A stretch of 37,508 bases of DNA from Paraglomus brasilianum. Its lineage: Eukaryota. The stretch is taken from positions 1-37,508 of the forward strand of contig CAJVPI010000272.1 in the NCBI GenBank assembly GCA_910592345.1, in the 5' to 3' direction. The position numbers and the translations under genes were made by a program. Each line of letters starts with the position of its first letter. Within the stretch, counting starts at the first letter, position 1. The notes below the pieces were generated by a model. It did no database searches. It was not told where the DNA came from and saw only the letters and a program-made list of their open reading frames with translations. This document shows, piece by piece, positions 33,848 through 37,508 of the stretch.

Positions 33848-35194
33848 ATGCAGTTTGACTTGAAAAGTTTACCCGAGCACCGTGTTGGATTCTGGCTGCC
33901 CAAGGATCGTCGTCTCATCACGGGATGGGTCAACAAGCTCATGGTGGAGGCTCGAAAGAAAAAATTTAGCCACCTTGACCCTCTTCTGCAAGCCTTCAAA
34001 AAGGTCGTAGCTAGTGATGTGTACTTGAACGCGCTCTCGGTTTCCATGTTCAGCGAAGTACCGAACGTTCACCCCTATAACAAGGATCCCGACGGCCAGC
34101 CTGAATTGAAAAGCTTCAATGACATGCTCTTAGCCATCAATGTGATCATAAAGACTGCACCTCCCTGGTCGGACGCGGCCGAACTCAGTGGCCTTATCGG
34201 CTTTCCAATCAATGCTATACTTGACTGGCCAATGGCAACTGCTTCTGGCTTCGCATTTTTCCTGGAACCTAAAGTCAACGGCTGTCTCAGAGAAATTCTG
34301 ACTAAATGGTGCAAGTACCTTCAGGACCCCAATCAAGATTCCAACTTAGTCCTCTATCCCCCCAATGGCTGGCTTGGAACCGACGGGCTCAACGCCTTGA
34401 CCGCGAAGGGCGACCAGAACGGGCTTTCTTCAGCTGATGCGTATACTTTCACGCAACTCTATGCTTGTCCTAATCCAGACGACCCGAACACTTTCGGCTT
34501 CGAGTCGTGGGACGCTTTCTTTACCCGCGAATTTCAGGACAATGTGCGACCCCTCGACCCCAATGCGGATATCGTCCACGCTTGCGAATCTGCTCCGCTT
34601 CAATACCCGGTTAGCAATGTCCAGCTCACAGATAACTTCATGGGCAAGGTTCAGGCCTATTCGCTCCAAAACATGCTTGATAATGACCCCTTCGCTAAGC
34701 AGTTCGTTGGTGGTACGGTATACCAAGCCTTCCTCTCAGCTCTCAGCTTCCACAGATGGGTTTCCCCTGTCGATGGTACCATCGTCAAAGTCACTAATGT
34801 GCCGGGAACGTACTATTCGGAGAATATGTATCAAGGCTTCTTTAGCGGGAATCCCGACGAGGCCGCTCCGAACAACTCGCAGCCTTACATAGCCTCTTTG
34901 GCGACTCGAGCGCTGGTATTCATCCAGGCCGATAACGCTAATATCGGCCTTATGTGCTTCATCGCGATCGGGATGGCCGAAGTTTCCTCTTGCGAAGTGT
35001 TTGTCAAAAAGGCACAGCATGTCAAAAAGGGTGACCCGCTGGGCACGTTCCATTTTGGTGGCTCCAGCCATTGTTTGGTATTCGGTCCAAATGTAAAGCT
35101 GAATTGGATTGGCCTTCCGCCTAAGGATGACACACGCTGGCAAAACATGGACAATTACCATGTCAAAAGCGGGCTCGCTACTGTATCACCGTAG
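33848..35194 (+). CDS. Pyruvoyl-dependent phosphatidylserine-decarboxylase-family protein, PsiD-like soluble subgroup (448 aa)
   Basis: Intronless ORF. Motifs GFPINAILDWPM, GFESWDAFFTR, ACES, YSLQNML, QAFLSALSFHRWVSPVDG, VPGTYY, FIQADN.IGL, IGMAEVSSC, G.FHFGGSS (self-cleavage G|S) parallel Psilocybe PsiD (GFNSYDDFFNR, ACES, YHRWHAPVNG, FHFGGSS) as recalled. Confidence 0.92.
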   Translation: MQFDLKSLPEHRVGFWLPKDRRLITGWVNKLMVEARKKKFSHLDPLLQAFKKVVASDVYLNALSVSMFSEVPNVHPYNKDPDGQPELKSFNDMLLAINVIIKTAPPWSDAAELSGLIGFPINAILDWPMATASGFAFFLEPKVNGCLREILTKWCKYLQDPNQDSNLVLYPPNGWLGTDGLNALTAKGDQNGLSSADAYTFTQLYACPNPDDPNTFGFESWDAFFTREFQDNVRPLDPNADIVHACESAPLQYPVSNVQLTDNFMGKVQAYSLQNMLDNDPFAKQFVGGTVYQAFLSALSFHRWVSPVDGTIVKVTNVPGTYYSENMYQGFFSGNPDEAAPNNSQPYIASLATRALVFIQADNANIGLMCFIAIGMAEVSSCEVFVKKAQHVKKGDPLGTFHFGGSSHCLVFGPNVKLNWIGLPPKDDTRWQNMDNYHVKSGLATVSP

Positions 35195-35810
35195 AAGCAC
35201 GAAGTGGCGAATGGGAAAGGCATCGTCACAACTAAAAGTACCACATGAATTTTTGTTGTATATAAATAAAGCCTACTGGATTAAATAAACATCTTCACAA
35301 AAGATTTATGCTTGCAATGGTGACATATTATAAATGAAATTTCTTGAAGGGAATACATTTAAGATTCCCTTACAATCTTTAGAATTGGTAGTGACCATGT
35401 CTTGTTTAATGACGAGACAAACATTTAATCAAAATCTATGTGCAATTTGATATAATCAGATCCTGATCTCCATGAACCCAATCTGGGTTTATGTCTTAGC
35501 CCGCGGAGAATGTGTATTGAACCTGCCGTTGGGCCACTGGCCAACCCAATCGCCTAATGTTTCTATTGTCAGGCTTACGTTGCTTTCGCTGCGCCACTCA
35601 TCCATGCTGTAAGGATTTTTAAACCGTTGCGAAGCCGAAACCGAAATATGAATATGATGACATTCTTGACAGTTGCCTTTGTTAGAAACTTAATTAACTC
35701 ATAATGTTTCACCTTATTAATGATGTGATTGCTACATTCGTGTATATATATCTTTACAGACCTCGTTCACACAATCAATCTTAATCCTCAATTATATTTA
35801 CCAACATCCT

Positions 35811-36517
35811 TTATACAGCATCTGATCCAAGATACTTATAATGAGTTGTGCGTCGGTAAAGGTAAAATAGTGACGGTAACAACCTGGGAAACTCCTCTTT
35901 CGTGAAAGTATTTTTGTCGATTAACTCCGATGTTGGAAATAAACCAAGTGAAACCCTTTGCCTGCATAAACACCGAACCACACCATTGGGTGAGAGCGCC
36001 CTGAGGATCTCGAGAGATTGAGCACAGGTCTTGAAACGCAGTGTATATTCTTGTACGAACTCCTTTCTTTTCTTGGGATCTTTGACATGCTTCACGTTGA
36101 CTGGTATTTGCCTGCTCATTCTTCTTATTTTTAAACCCAACAGGGTTAGAGTAGATGATAAGTTTGTCCTTCCCAATATAATCTTGTATATCTACAAGAA
36201 ATTTGGTGATGGTAGCCGTAGTGGTGTATGAGTCAAACTTATTCGTGTCCATGTCGAAACTCCGAGTCAATACATAAATAAATGAAACTTTCATACTTTC
36301 GCTCCTGCATATTTTGATTATCAGCCAAAGTCGAATACGTAGAATGAAGGGGAAAACCCACGCGACTGTTCTCTGTCTGTGTACGTGCAAGGTGGACCCG
36401 ATTTAGTCGAAGATTTGTGGCGGATATATTCTTATCGATCATATTCCTCTTTAGTAACCATCCTGTCAGAGAATAAAGTTCGTATCGAATCAAGAAGCAA
36501 CTATACCTCCTCGTCAT
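35811..36517 (-). pseudogene. Frameshifted or spliced hypothetical gene remnant
   Basis: Three overlapping minus-strand ORFs in different frames (36239-36517, 35836-36390, 35811-36176) whose protein-like parts join end to end; no family recognised. Confidence 0.35.
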
Positions 36518-37332
36518 TCATGTTTTTCGAAGCTCTTAACTTATCTACATACCCAATTTGTTAGATTAGAATATTAAGTAACATAACACGGTAGATGTGA
36601 ACGACTTTAAATGCGGAGTACGTACCATAAACATGTTATTGTATTAGTATGGTGCGTCCATTTTGTCACATTCTCAACTTTTGGTGTTGATACGCGCGGT
36701 TCATATCATTGGCTGCGAGGTGAATGCAAATACAGCCCGGAGTAAGGCTAATGGACGAATAAAATCAATTGTTTACACTGCACGAGTATTAGGCTCTATA
36801 CTTGTATGCATCGTGATCTAACATGCAAGATTTTACATTTCAAGGTTCTAGATCAACAACCAACAGTTTATAATTCCCTCATTGTCCCGCATGTTGGATG
36901 TTGTGTTATATCAGGTGGTTCTAGAAATTTACATAAGTTATTGCAAATTATGGAAGACAAAAGTAAGTGGTATAAGCTCCAACGATAGAGATACGCAGTA
37001 AATTTTTCTCGTACGTGAATACTTGGGAGAGACGTGCATGGAGGCCTAAGAAGCAATTTCCGGGTCCAACAACCTATGTACTTCGACTTAACAGCTGTAT
37101 CGGTGCACTCTAGTTCTTTTCTTTCTTTCTTTCTTTTTTTTAGCCAAAATTTCAAGCAGTGAAAATCTGTCGTCTGTCGGAAATGAAAATGGAATTTCGA
37201 GGTCGTAATTCTGCGGTTGAGTGATCTCACCGTCAACTAAATTATCTAAGGCACGAAGTGGTGTCGAAAGCTTCTTACTTACTGGCTGTTTCATACATCG
37301 AAGATATGGTGCTTAAAATGGTACATATGTCG

Positions 37333-37425
37333 TATATAAATCCCGTCACCATATAAATCCCGGATTTATATATATAAATGCCGTACCACGATTTACACTA
37401 CCCTACCATAAATCACCGGATTTTT
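37333..37425. repeat. Cluster of ATAAATCCCG-like motifs, possible transposon subterminal region
   Basis: Four ATAAAT(C/G)(C/A)C.G variants, including the palindrome TATAAATCC-C-GGATTTATA; the partner end is not in the window. Confidence 0.35.
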
Positions 37426-37508
37426 TGTCACGTGTTTGAAATAGATATGAAATTTTTGTATTTTCTAAGCGACGTTGACAATTTTCAAATTTATTAACCA
37501 TCGATACA

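Noticed and set aside
33772..35161. Multiple ORFs overlapping the decarboxylase gene
   Set aside because: Expected in GC-richer coding DNA; no motifs recognised.
6085..35194. Functional link between Trp-initial peptides and the PsiD-like decarboxylase
   Set aside because: An N-terminal Trp has no free carboxyl, the enzyme lacks a signal peptide, and it lies >15 kb from the cluster beyond unrelated genes.

Overview
AT-rich eukaryotic DNA, most likely fungal. Tandem intron-split BTB-BACK-TLDc genes point to Glomeromycotina/Mucoromycota (inference). The left half (~3-20.4 kb) is an alternating duplicated array of two kinds of secreted-protein genes. One is a Kex2-processed repeat protein (KEP, 6085-6555) that would release Trp-initial Tyr/Cys-rich peptides, with a decayed second copy at ~11866-12210. 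The other is three paralogous ~180-aa Cys-rich secreted proteins with a degenerate Cu/Zn-SOD-like strand pattern (9492+, 14891+, 18338-), plus a 5' remnant and an orphan upstream region. The two gene types share an L-x-x-R|W..CC processing motif and a 16-nt core promoter (TCACAGCTATATAAAC) and appear to have duplicated together; this is the best candidate for an undescribed system. The right half holds two BTB-BACK-TLDc genes plus a relic, an intronless GC-richer PsiD-like phosphatidylserine-decarboxylase-family gene (horizontal transfer candidate), several MITE families and decayed ORFs. All alignments were made by eye; no database searches were run.
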